Made by a program: the position numbers and the translations under genes | The notes under the pieces: generated by a model | The model's input: the letters and a program-made list of their open reading frames with translations, nothing else | Told to the model about the DNA's origin: nothing | Databases searched by the model: none | Virus genome (UHGV): UHGV-0256341 | DNA: 29,892 nt | Direction: 5' to 3' (one strand) | Source: a virus | Shown here: positions 18,531 through 27,706 of the stretch, piece by piece | How positions within the stretch are numbered: position 1 is the first letter of the stretch | Layout of the letters: every line of letters begins with the position of its first letter

Positions 18531-19441
18531 TACGGAATCTTATCATAGTTAAATGTTGATTTTCTACGGTTTTCAAAATTCATAATCTCAAGCCGCAATC
18601 GGTCAAGTGTCTTTCTATCAAAGACGCTCCTAACATAGCTAGCCCCCAAAGCAGTGACCTGATAACCATCAGTCATTTGAAGTATTTTTCGTTCATTTAT
18701 TAGACGAGAAACAACGGATCTAACAATAATTTTAGATAAAACATCATCTTGCTTTATCGCTTTAAAAGCTAGTTCACACAGTGTGCGGTAGTTGACACTA
18801 TCCAGTAAATAGATACAAGGCAATAGAAACCGCTCTGCGTATAATATATTTCCAATATCTTTTGATACTTTATTTTCTTTCCTAACCTTCTTAATAGATG
18901 CCATTAATTTTTTATATAATCGTAATTTTCTGGCAACATCAATGGATGAATCACACATTTCTTTTAGTTCATTTGAACTACAACGCAAAACAGATTTTGA
19001 ATTAAACTTACGCAACAGGCGAACAGGACCATAGTTAATAAAGCTACGTTTTGATTTAAATTTTGCATCTTGAATGCAAATCAACTTTCTCCTTAAGTTT
19101 TCATTATTAGAGAACGCACCAAGCTCTGTGAAAGACCCCGGACTTTCAGGAAATAAAATTATTACATCGACAGCTTCAGCCAGAATATTTTCTAAACTTA
19201 AAAGGCTATGCTGCCCTTGACCAGCCAAAAGATCATCAAATAGATCTTCTGGATAAAATATATCAACATCACTGAACTTTGCTAAAAATTGTGATAATTG
19301 ATGACGCCAAGATTGATGATTAGCAACGTCACCACCACATAGAAAAATGGTTATTTTAATATTAGCTCCTCGATAGAAGCCTTTCTTTGTGAGATGTCCT
19401 ATAAGCTGTTGTTGCTGCTCATCGGTAAATTTTTTATTCAT
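18518..19441 (-). CDS. Retron effector protein (NDT-like / DNA-binding type, as in retron Eco1)
   Basis: 307 aa encoded immediately upstream of msr-msd in the same operon. The N-terminal half has a Rossmann-like glycine-rich pattern consistent with a nucleoside deoxyribosyltransferase-like fold; the C-terminal half is basic. Confidence 0.8.
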   Translation of the reverse strand: MNKKFTDEQQQQLIGHLTKKGFYRGANIKITIFLCGGDVANHQSWRHQLSQFLAKFSDVDIFYPEDLFDDLLAGQGQHSLLSLENILAEAVDVIILFPESPGSFTELGAFSNNENLRRKLICIQDAKFKSKRSFINYGPVRLLRKFNSKSVLRCSSNELKEMCDSSIDVARKLRLYKKLMASIKKVRKENKVSKDIGNILYAERFLLPCIYLLDSVNYRTLCELAFKAIKQDDVLSKIIVRSVVSRLINERKILQMTDGYQVTALGASYVRSVFDRKTLDRLRLEIMNFENRRKSTFNYDKIPYAHP

Positions 19442-19464
19442 AATCTCCCCGCTTTTTTTTCTAC

Positions 19465-19493
19465 TTTATACATCAAGTTATGAATAGATCCAA
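19465..19493 (-). promoter_or_regulatory. Putative sigma70 promoter of the retron operon
   Basis: Minus strand has TTGGAT, a 17-bp spacer, then TATAAA, followed by a GGGGAGA ribosome-binding site before the effector ATG. Confidence 0.3.
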
Positions 19494-19514
19494 TCTCCAT
19501 ACCACATGGCGCGC

Positions 19515-19534
19515 GCTCGTATCCCCGCCACGCC
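19515..19534 (-). other. Putative cos site (cohesive-end core) of the P2-like phage
   Basis: Minus strand reads GGCGTGGCGGGGATACGAGC, similar to the P2/186 cohesive end (GGCGAGGCGGGGAAAGCAC in P2) as I recall it. Position is on the Q side of the genome as in P2. Confidence 0.45.
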
Positions 19535-19578
19535 TGCCCGCTTTGTGTAGTGGTTTTCATGCACCTGCATGACATAAG

Positions 19579-19603
19579 CAAAAGCCCGCCAGCTCTGGCG
19601 GGC
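19579..19603 (-). terminator. Rho-independent terminator downstream of the HNH gene
   Basis: GC-rich perfect inverted repeat GCCCGCCAG/CTGGCGGGC followed on the minus strand by TTTTGCTT. Confidence 0.5.
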
Positions 19604-19716
19604 ATCAGCAAAAACGATCCTCAAACGATCATGCGATTTCATGCGGCATAGACATGCGTTGGCAAAAATGTACGAAATACTCAGCTTATAGGAAATGGTC
19701 TTTTTCCAACCTCCAG

Positions 19717-20436
19717 TTAGCCAAAGCAGAAACCAATATTGCAATTTGAAACTCCACAGTTGTGAAATTGATGTGGACCTACTCTTAGCTTGTGTTCGTC
19801 TCCTACAATCCGAGTCCCCTTAACCAACATATCTAATCTTTCCACAATCAATCTTTCAGGCGCATCAACTTTAATAATTAAACGAGGACCTTTCCTTTTT
19901 TCTATAATAGTTATTCTAGGACCGACAACCTGAACATCCCAATGCCTTGCACTACAAACCCACTCATTCTTAATTAATTCAAGATTAACAATACCTTGAC
20001 TATCGTAAAATTTACCCGAAATAAGAAAAGCATTATTTTCTTTTTCAATGGTTAACAATGGCTCATTTTGAAACATTATTGGTACAGTACAGGATTCAAA
20101 CGTCGCACCACCAAATATTATTGTTGGATGCCTATCAGAAAAGTCCAATATATCGGCCACATTCCCTTTTTGTAAGGCTGCAGGAGATTCCATTGCTTTA
20201 ATTATTTTCTCTTTAGAGTAAAGACGTTTCGTTACTTTCGCATGGCACGTAGGACAAAGTAGTGCTATTGCATTTGGAGAGTGCTCCTTTGCATCAGCGT
20301 ATGTGGGAATTACATGCTCATACTCAACAATGGGAGAAGCACAAACAACGCAACCGAAGCCACAGCGCTGCCTTACCTCCAGTTTTACAGGTTCAGGAAT
20401 TGTTCTAGATAACCCATGCTTGTTAATAGTTGTCAT
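19717..20436 (-). CDS. HNH-endonuclease-domain protein with a C-terminal domain of unknown function
   Basis: 239 aa; N-terminal CGFGCVVC ... EYEHVIP ... NAIALLCPTCH matches the HNH zinc-finger nuclease pattern. AT-rich gene located between cos and replication gene A, where P2 has old/tin. Confidence 0.75.
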   Translation of the reverse strand: MTTINKHGLSRTIPEPVKLEVRQRCGFGCVVCASPIVEYEHVIPTYADAKEHSPNAIALLCPTCHAKVTKRLYSKEKIIKAMESPAALQKGNVADILDFSDRHPTIIFGGATFESCTVPIMFQNEPLLTIEKENNAFLISGKFYDSQGIVNLELIKNEWVCSARHWDVQVVGPRITIIEKRKGPRLIIKVDAPERLIVERLDMLVKGTRIVGDEHKLRVGPHQFHNCGVSNCNIGFCFG

Positions 20437-20558
20437 AACCTTACCTTAAAACTTCGAGAAACCTTTTATATATTGATACTATATCAACTAACGCCTCGCA
20501 CAGCTCGTTGTTCAACCTTGCTGACGCCAGAAGCAAGTTCAGACGCCAGCAACGTTTC

Positions 20559-20793
20559 TTAATGCAGCCAGCTGTCGTCTTCCCACACCTTCTGCATAAT
20601 TTTCATCACTTGCTTCCTTTCTTCGTCCAGTTGCAGTCCGGTCAGTTCCACACCGTTAGAGCTACCTTTGCGGATGCGAATTACCGTTTTTGGATACAGG
20701 GGGCGCAGATTGCGGTAAAGCTCGGATTCAAGGGCGTCCAGGGTAGACTGGCTAATCTTCTGCTCTTTATCGATCATTATTTCAATGCGCATA
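20559..20793 (-). CDS. DinI-like protein
   Basis: Start taken at the internal ATG preceded by a GAGGTG ribosome-binding site. The 78 aa product (MRIEIMIDKEQ ... VWEDDSWLH) resembles DinI in length and in N- and C-terminal motifs. Confidence 0.6.
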
Positions 20794-20802
20794 AAAGTCA
20801 CC

Positions 20803-20991
20803 TCAGCTGATGACATCCATTGAGCGGTTGTATTCGTGGGTTCTGATTTTTGCCATGAGTTCATCTGTCAGTTCAGAAACCCACTGCAAAGCCAGCCCCT
20901 TCTCTTCATCACTACACTCACTAGCCGCTACAAGTTTAAGAAAAAAATCAATGCGCTGGAGCTTCAAAGACTCCAAAAAATAGTCCTGCAT
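20803..20991 (-). CDS. Small hypothetical protein (62 aa)
   Basis: Internal ATG with a strong AGGAGG ribosome-binding site 5 nt upstream; the longer 96 aa ORF start has none. Confidence 0.45.
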   Translation of the reverse strand: MQDYFLESLKLQRIDFFLKLVAASECSDEEKGLALQWVSELTDELMAKIRTHEYNRSMDVIS

Positions 20992-21144
20992 CTTTCCTCC
21001 TATGACACCACAAGCAATACTGTATGTATAACCACTGTTTATATTTACAGTATATAATAATCTTACTGATGTAAAACGTTTTTTTACGTTCATCAGCCTG
21101 ATATGCCTGGTATTATTAAGAGCACGAATTGTTAACCCGCGTAA

Positions 21145-23559
21145 TTAATACAGGTTTCGCCACTTATCATCTTCCTGCAAACGCTGGTTCCGATAGAAGA
21201 TACGCAGGCCTGCTCCTGACGGAATACTGCCGCCGCGAAGGAGTAAATCGACCTCTTTCTCGCTGCCATCAAATCCTCTGGACTTCAGTTCATAGACGAG
21301 CTGCTGTCGCTGATGGTCTGTAATTCGCTGTTTGTAGTCTTTACGCCGTTTCGGTTTCACCAGGCGTAACCTTGCAGCTAGTTCCCGGCGCTCTTTTTTG
21401 CTCATACTGTGCAGGTAATCGTGCAACGCCTTGTCATCCATGCGGGTAATGTCCGTCCTGGTATCCCCATCAGCTGATTTGTCTTTCCCTTGTTGGTTCA
21501 AATTTTCAGCAAGGGGACAGTTATTGCCACGAGTCCAAGGGGCGCAAGCGCCCTGGTCGGCTGCCGCCTCCTGAACGTCAACGGCTTTACGAACCATTTT
21601 CCACTTCACTGCATGAGTGCAGATCTTGCCCTCTGCAATGGGTGACCAGATGCCATAAATACGAATGCCGTGATCGCCATAGGCGGTCGGCTCTTCGTTG
21701 ATTTCATAAGCGGTTCTGATGAGGTGATATTTACGGGGAACCAGTACGCCGCCCTGCTTCATGATGTAGGTGGCAAAACAACCAGCATCAGCAGCAGCCA
21801 GGATGGCATCAAGGCGCGGGTTATCCAGTACCGGCGCACCTGCTTTTTTGTCCCCCTTTTGCCTTACCGCCTGACCAGCCAGCAATCGCAGTTCACGGTA
21901 AGCCTGACGCCCCGGAATGCCAAAGAAGCGGAATTGCTGAACACGATGCAAAGACGCCCAGGCATTCACGTATTCAGCGTTATCACGCAGAGATTTACCC
22001 GTTTCCTTGCTGATCTCGCCAGCCAGACCACGCCCGTCAATGTTCTTACTGATGTATTTCGCTATGTAGCTTGTCGGCGTTCCTTTGCGCGGGTTAATCA
22101 GCTCAGACTTAAAGCGCGGCCCCGTGTTATTGCCCAGCTCCTCGCGGTCTTCACGGATAGCAAACTTACGCAACAATGCTGTAATGGCGCGGCGGTCTTT
22201 TTTGCGCATGAAACACAACAGGTGCCAGTGAACTGTGCCGTCGTGATGCGGCTCAGCCACCCGCACGCCATACCAGCGCAACCCGGCTTTGTGCATCGCC
22301 TTACGAAATGCAGCAAACATACCGACCAGATAATCGCTGCTTTGTCTTACCGTCGCATTTGTCCAGGTCGGATTGGGCCTGCCGTTATTTAGCGTGGAAT
22401 GGAAACGTGACGGACAGGTGATGGTGTAGAAAACGGCGCAGTCACCGCGCATTTCCGCGATAAGCTCCAGACCTTTAACACAGGCCATCATCTCATTGCG
22501 GCGATGCGCAGGGTTGCTGCTGCTGGCGTTTACCACATCCTCCATGTCTAGCGTGTCGCCGTCTTCGTTCACCAGTTCATGAGAACGGAAAAACTCCAGC
22601 GACTTACGGCGCTGCTCACGTTTATGCAACACGGCTTCATAGCTGACATAGGGAGATGCTTTTTTGCTGACAAGGCAGACAGCACGCAACTGCTCTTCCC
22701 GCCATTCGCAACGCATCTTCCATAATTTCCGATACCACCAGTCGGCGCACAACATACGCGCCAGCGAACCCGGAATGAGTTCATAGGGCACGGGTTTACG
22801 GCGGTTTCTTTTCCGACGGAGTTGCTCAAACGCAGGCGGGATGACATCCAGACGCAGGGTTTCCGCTGCCACCCTTTCCCATGTATTGCGGATTTCTTCT
22901 GGCTTAACGTCATCGGTGGCATACAAATCGCCACAAGCGGCATCAAGGCACATACTCATATGCGCAGCTACCAGGGTGGACAGGCGTTTCACCTGATCCT
23001 GACTCATTTCAGGCAGGATCAGCAGGCCGTCCAGCCCTTCATGGCTTGCCATAAAGCGAAAAGATGCAGATAGCTGACTGTCGCGTACATGCTCCAGTCG
23101 TTCCAGACATGGCTTAATCGTCTCACGTAAATAGCGGGAATAAGCCTTTGGCCTGCCCAGGCTGCTGAAGTATTCAATACGTTGCATCAGCGGCTTGCTG
23201 ATATGGGAAGGCTGGGCGTTGACGTCCGCCAGAATGACCATATCCGGATTAAAACGCTGCTGCTCATGCGCCAGCTTTGCCCGACTAATGAGCTTATCCT
23301 GTTCCATTTCGCGCTGGACAGGATCACGGGATTCATTAAAGAAATAACGCTCCCAGACCTGATCACTCAGCGCCTCACGGCGCAGCTGTTCCTGCTCGTT
23401 ATCGGCAGCGTACAGAGTGATCAGGTTTGAAAGCGTAGAAACCGGCGCAACTTCCACCGGGTCCAGATAAGGGTTAATGGCCTTTTTCGGGCTGTTCCAT
23501 GAGAACGATGCGGCAGCTTCGTTAAAGCCGCAGCAGTTGTTCATATCGGCATGACTCAT
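21145..23559 (-). CDS. A: Replication initiation endonuclease, P2 gpA-like (rolling-circle initiator)
   Basis: 804 aa, the largest early gene; start overlaps the stop of the upstream methyltransferase gene. Confidence 0.85.
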   Translation of the reverse strand: MSHADMNNCCGFNEAAASFSWNSPKKAINPYLDPVEVAPVSTLSNLITLYAADNEQEQLRREALSDQVWERYFFNESRDPVQREMEQDKLISRAKLAHEQQRFNPDMVILADVNAQPSHISKPLMQRIEYFSSLGRPKAYSRYLRETIKPCLERLEHVRDSQLSASFRFMASHEGLDGLLILPEMSQDQVKRLSTLVAAHMSMCLDAACGDLYATDDVKPEEIRNTWERVAAETLRLDVIPPAFEQLRRKRNRRKPVPYELIPGSLARMLCADWWYRKLWKMRCEWREEQLRAVCLVSKKASPYVSYEAVLHKREQRRKSLEFFRSHELVNEDGDTLDMEDVVNASSSNPAHRRNEMMACVKGLELIAEMRGDCAVFYTITCPSRFHSTLNNGRPNPTWTNATVRQSSDYLVGMFAAFRKAMHKAGLRWYGVRVAEPHHDGTVHWHLLCFMRKKDRRAITALLRKFAIREDREELGNNTGPRFKSELINPRKGTPTSYIAKYISKNIDGRGLAGEISKETGKSLRDNAEYVNAWASLHRVQQFRFFGIPGRQAYRELRLLAGQAVRQKGDKKAGAPVLDNPRLDAILAAADAGCFATYIMKQGGVLVPRKYHLIRTAYEINEEPTAYGDHGIRIYGIWSPIAEGKICTHAVKWKMVRKAVDVQEAAADQGACAPWTRGNNCPLAENLNQQGKDKSADGDTRTDITRMDDKALHDYLHSMSKKERRELAARLRLVKPKRRKDYKQRITDHQRQQLVYELKSRGFDGSEKEVDLLLRGGSIPSGAGLRIFYRNQRLQEDDKWRNLY

Positions 23560-24413
23560 GCATGTACTCCGTACACGGCAGAACTATCCACGCCACGCGA
23601 ATAATCAAATCCCACCCAGCAGCGCGGCCCGGAAACAGCAATGATTTCTGTTGCTGATTTACCCTCGCCAGCTGCCACACCGATGCTGCGTTTTGCCTTG
23701 ATGTAGTGGTGAGTAAAATTGCGATACAGCGAACGGATCAGGGATGTGTCACTGTTAGAAACAATGACCGGATGTCCTTCTGATGACCGATGTTCAAGAA
23801 CAGATGCCAGGTGATACTGGTCATCTTCAGTGAAGCCGTCAGTGTGATAGCCGGAAAACGTACCGTCATACGGCGGATCGCAATACACCACATCCCCCGC
23901 CTTCAACATCGCCAGCGTTTCATCAAAGCTGGCGCAGATAAACGTTGCTCGCTGGGCCTTTTCTGCAAATGCGCGAATTTCTTTTTCAGGGAAATACGGA
24001 TTTTTATAATTACCGTAGGGAATGTTGAAATGCCCGCTCTTGTTATAGCGACATAAACCACGGTAACCGTGACGATTGAGATACAGGAAATATACCGCTT
24101 TCATGAAATCAGTAATTTCAGTTGAGTAATTAAACTCCTGCCTTATGTTGTAATAAGCCATCTCCCTGTTTGCGATCTCAAATAAAACTCTGGCGCGAGA
24201 TATAAACGATTCACAATCAGCGGCAACCTTTTTATAGAGGTTGATTAAATCAGGATTAATATCCGCAACCAGATAGCTGGGATAATCCGTCTCCATCATC
24301 ACAGCACAGGAACCCGCGAAAGGTTCAACCAGTCGCGGGCCAGCAGGAAGATGTTTTTTTAGTTCGGACATTATGGCAGTTTTATTTCCCGCCCATTTCA
24401 GGATGGTGCTCAT
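23556..24413 (-). CDS. DNA adenine methyltransferase (Dam-like, N6-adenine)
   Basis: Motif I FAGSC and motif IV DPPY are present. Start taken at the internal Met of [11 protein letters not shown], which abuts the TraR-like stop; the longer ORF starts at 24473. Confidence 0.85.
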   Translation of the reverse strand: MSTILKWAGNKTAIMSELKKHLPAGPRLVEPFAGSCAVMMETDYPSYLVADINPDLINLYKKVAADCESFISRARVLFEIANREMAYYNIRQEFNYSTEITDFMKAVYFLYLNRHGYRGLCRYNKSGHFNIPYGNYKNPYFPEKEIRAFAEKAQRATFICASFDETLAMLKAGDVVYCDPPYDGTFSGYHTDGFTEDDQYHLASVLEHRSSEGHPVIVSNSDTSLIRSLYRNFTHHYIKAKRSIGVAAGEGKSATEIIAVSGPRCWVGFDYSRGVDSSAVYGVHA

Positions 24414-24637
24414 ACAGCACCTCCGTTGTAATGTTTGCCTTTCAGCTCTGCGATTTCCTGACAGGTAATGCAAAGCTGCACACCCGGAATGGCACGGCGG
24501 CGTGCTGGCGTAATTGGCGCTTCACACTCAATGCAAAGCACGCGGGACACGCCCGGCGTTTTGGCACGGGCAGCACGGATATGGCGTTGGCGTTCTTCTT
24601 CAACGCGCTGCTGTACGAGATCCATTGCATCAGCCAT
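24410..24637 (-). CDS. DksA/TraR-family C4 zinc-finger protein
   Basis: 75 aa with CxxC ... CxxC (CIECEAP ... CITCQ) and a coiled N-terminus. Confidence 0.7.
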   Translation of the reverse strand: MADAMDLVQQRVEEERQRHIRAARAKTPGVSRVLCIECEAPITPARRRAIPGVQLCITCQEIAELKGKHYNGGAV

Positions 24638-24876
24638 TAGTGGATCTCCTGCGCTTCGTTCTGGATTGCTTCAGCAGTCACACGAAGCAGTTCTGCCGCT
24701 TCGACGTGGGTTAGCTGGCGGGATGTGATATGACACGCCAGGCTATCAAGGCGAGCTGCCATTGCTTCAGCCCTTGCCCGGCGTTCTTCCAGACGAGCCT
24801 CTGTCAGTAAAATATTAAGCCCTGCGTCATCCGGTCCGGTTTTGGTCGAGAGGGTTTCAATATTACGCATAATCAA
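24637..24876 (-). CDS. Hypothetical early-region protein
   Basis: 79 aa ORF in the early operon, translationally coupled to the next gene. Confidence 0.5.
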   Translation of the reverse strand: MIMRNIETLSTKTGPDDAGLNILLTEARLEERRARAEAMAARLDSLACHITSRQLTHVEAAELLRVTAEAIQNEAQEIH

Positions 24877-24937
24877 TTCTCCTGAATTTAGATAAAGGGA
24901 TGCCCGGCGGGTTTACGCCATTAATTTCATTAGTTGG

Positions 24938-25279
24938 TTAATTCGGCATGGTTAGCCGTCTGGGAAATAAGCTCACCACTGCACGAAAATGATTCATTGC
25001 TTTAATCAACTCCCGCTTTTCGTCAGTGGTCAGCTCATTAATGCTGATGCTATGACGTTCAGCTGGAATTTTTGCCATAAAGAATATAGCAGCCAGTGCC
25101 CGTTTATTTTGTTCGCTATTAATATCCCGTGAATCACGCATATCTTTAATAAACCGCTCAAGCTCTGACTCAATATTCAGGCCAAAAACTTTCGCCCTTA
25201 ACTCCGCAATGTGATTAAGTCCATTCAGGCGTTCACCGGGGCTTAATGGAACAGTCGCCGCAGTGCCTTCAATAGCCAT
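24938..25279 (-). CDS. Hypothetical early-region protein (first gene of the early operon)
   Basis: 113 aa ORF. It does not resemble P2 C or Cox as far as I can recall. Confidence 0.5.
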   Translation of the reverse strand: MAIEGTAATVPLSPGERLNGLNHIAELRAKVFGLNIESELERFIKDMRDSRDINSEQNKRALAAIFFMAKIPAERHSISINELTTDEKRELIKAMNHFRAVVSLFPRRLTMPN

Positions 25280-25476
25280 TTGTTCCCCCGTTTTTTCGTA
25301 GATAGTTCTGCCAGCAATTCATCTTGTGAACGGCACGGATGCCAGCGTTTACCATCCTCCCCCATGATCCAGCCGTGACCCGCTGAATGAATCTGCGCCC
25401 TGAATTCTGGTAAAAAACATTATCGTAAATTACCATTTCTTTCAACAGCTTACTAGTAAACAAGAAGTTAGCCTCC

Positions 25477-27162
25477 GTGAATATAAACGTCGCCGAATTG
25501 TTAAATGGGAATTACATTCTGTTATTATTTGTGGTCCTCGCGCTTGGGCTATGTCTCGGAAAGTTACGACTTGGTTCGATCCAACTGGGTAATTCCATTG
25601 GCGTTTTAGTCGTATCGCTGTTATTAGGCCAACAACATTTCAGCATTAACACCGATGCGCTTAATCTTGGCTTTATGCTGTTTATTTTCTGTGTTGGGGT
25701 TGAAGCCGGACCGAACTTTTTTTCCATTTTTTTTCGCGATGGGAAAAATTACCTAATGTTAGCACTGGTGATGGTTGGCAGTGCGCTGGTGATCGCCTTA
25801 GGGTTAGGTAAGCTGTTTGGCTGGGATATTGGCCTGACGGCCGGTATGTTAGCAGGCTCTATGACGTCGACACCGGTTCTGGTCGGTGCTGGCGATACAC
25901 TGCGTCATTCCGGCATGGAAAGCAGGCAGCTCTCACTGGCACTGGATAATCTGAGCCTCGGGTATGCCTTAACCTATTTAATCGGTCTGGTGAGTTTGAT
26001 TGTTGGTGCGCGTTACTTGCCGAAATTGCAGCATCAGGACTTACAGACCAGCGCCCAGCAAATCGCCCGCGAACGTGGCCTGGACACTGATGCCAACCGT
26101 AAGGTTTATTTACCGGTGATCCGCGCCTATCGCGTCGGCCCGGAGCTGGTGGCCTGGACCGACGGCAAAAATCTGCGTGAACTGGGTATTTATCGACAAA
26201 CCGGCTGCTACATTGAACGTATTCGACGTAACGGGATTCTGGCAAATCCAGACGGTGATGCCGTGCTACAAATGGGCGATGAAATAGCGTTGGTAGGCTA
26301 TCCCGACGCCCATGCCCGACTCGATCCCAGCTTCCGTAACGGTAAAGAAGTTTTCGATCGTGACCTTCTCGACATGCGTATCGTCACTGAAGAAGTGGTC
26401 GTTAAAAACCATAACGCTGTAGGTAAACGTCTCGCACAACTGAAGTTGACCGATCACGGTTGCTTCCTTAACCGCGTCATTCGTAGCCAGATTGAGATGC
26501 CGATAGATGACAACGTCGTGCTTAACAAAGGTGACGTTTTACAAGTCAGCGGTGATGCCCGTCGCGTAAAAACCATCGCCGATCGCATCGGCTTTATCTC
26601 GATTCACAGCCAGGTCACTGACCTGCTGGCATTTTGCGCCTTCTTTGTTATTGGGCTGATGATCGGGATGATCACCTTCCAGTTCAGCACATTCAGTTTC
26701 GGCATGGGGAACGCTGCCGGGTTGTTATTCGCCGGAATTATGCTGGGCTTTATGCGTGCTAACCACCCGACCTTCGGTTACATTCCGCAGGGTGCATTAA
26801 GCATGGTGAAAGAGTTCGGCTTGATGGTGTTTATGGCAGGCGTTGGTCTGAGCGCCGGTAGCGGTATTAATAACGGCCTGGGCGCGATTGGCGGTCAGAT
26901 GTTGATTGCCGGATTGATTGTCAGTCTGGTGCCCGTGGTTATCTGTTTCTTGTTCGGTGCTTATGTATTGCGAATGAACCGCGCGCTGTTGTTCGGCGCA
27001 ATGATGGGCGCACGTACCTGCGCGCCGGCAATGGAGATCATCAGTGATACAGCTCGCAGTAACATCCCGGCGCTGGGCTATGCGGGCACCTATGCAATCG
27101 CCAACGTCCTGCTGACGCTGGCAGGGACAATCATCGTCATGGTATGGCCAGGATTAGGATAA
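25477..27162 (+). CDS. ybjL: Putative transport protein of the AAE (YbjL/YidE) family
   Basis: 561 aa with multiple transmembrane segments flanking a central soluble region; GC content is typical of the host chromosome; the sequence looks like E. coli YbjL from memory. Confidence 0.8.
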
Positions 27163-27274
27163 AACTGAAGTTGCCCTGAAAATGAAATTTTTTTGCACAA
27201 CCGCAGAACTTTTCCGCAGGGCATCAGTCTTAATTAGTGCCACTGCTTTTCTTTGATGTCCCCATTTTGTGGAG

Positions 27275-27320
27275 CCCATCAACCCCGCCATTTCGGTTCA
27301 AGGTTGATGGGTTTTTTGTT
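27275..27320 (+). terminator. Putative rho-independent terminator
   Basis: CCCATCAACC ... GGTTGATGGG stem followed by TTTTTTGTT. Confidence 0.4.
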
Positions 27321-27397
27321 GCCTGAAATTTATGCTCTTTAAAATCATGATGTTAGAAGCACTGTTTTTTAACGATGGCGACAAAATGGCGGCAGCG

Positions 27398-27616
27398 TCA
27401 AAGAGAGAGCGCCACCTGTCCTGATTTCATTGGATGCGGCTGAACCGGATTTGACTCTTTTGGCGTTGCAATCGAACGAACAAAAGTTTCATGAGTAACA
27501 AAAGTATGGCTGCAGTTAATGTTCTGGCACTGGTTGTAACGCTCTTTGGTCAATGAAGATACCTGAAAACTGCTGCGAGTATGGGCGGCACTTCCACACA
27601 GTGGGCAAATCATCAT
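27398..27616 (-). CDS. ogr: Late transcription activator, Ogr-like zinc-finger protein
   Basis: ORF is 27398..27649. The likely start is the Met of MICPLCGSAAH, giving about 72 aa; the CPLC ... CQN.NC pattern matches P2 Ogr. Confidence 0.85.
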   Translation of the reverse strand: MMICPLCGSAAHTRSSFQVSSLTKERYNQCQNINCSHTFVTHETFVRSIATPKESNPVQPHPMKSGQVALSL

Positions 27617-27706
27617 TTTTCGAGTTCTCCCCATTTTTGCTAAATTCACAATAATGATACCGCATTATTCCATTTTGAAAACTTAAAAGTTCTCCATTGC
27701 GAAGAA

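Noticed and set aside
19478-19744. 88 aa ORF on the minus strand
   Set aside because: It spans the cos-like core, a terminator hairpin and the putative retron promoter; no ribosome-binding site and odd composition. More likely non-coding.
21670-22392. 240 aa ORF on the plus strand
   Set aside because: Antisense to replication gene A; shadow ORF.
25269-25463. 64 aa ORF on the minus strand upstream of the early operon
   Set aside because: It lies in the intergenic junction between the prophage early promoter region and ybjL, with no ribosome-binding site; probably regulatory DNA.
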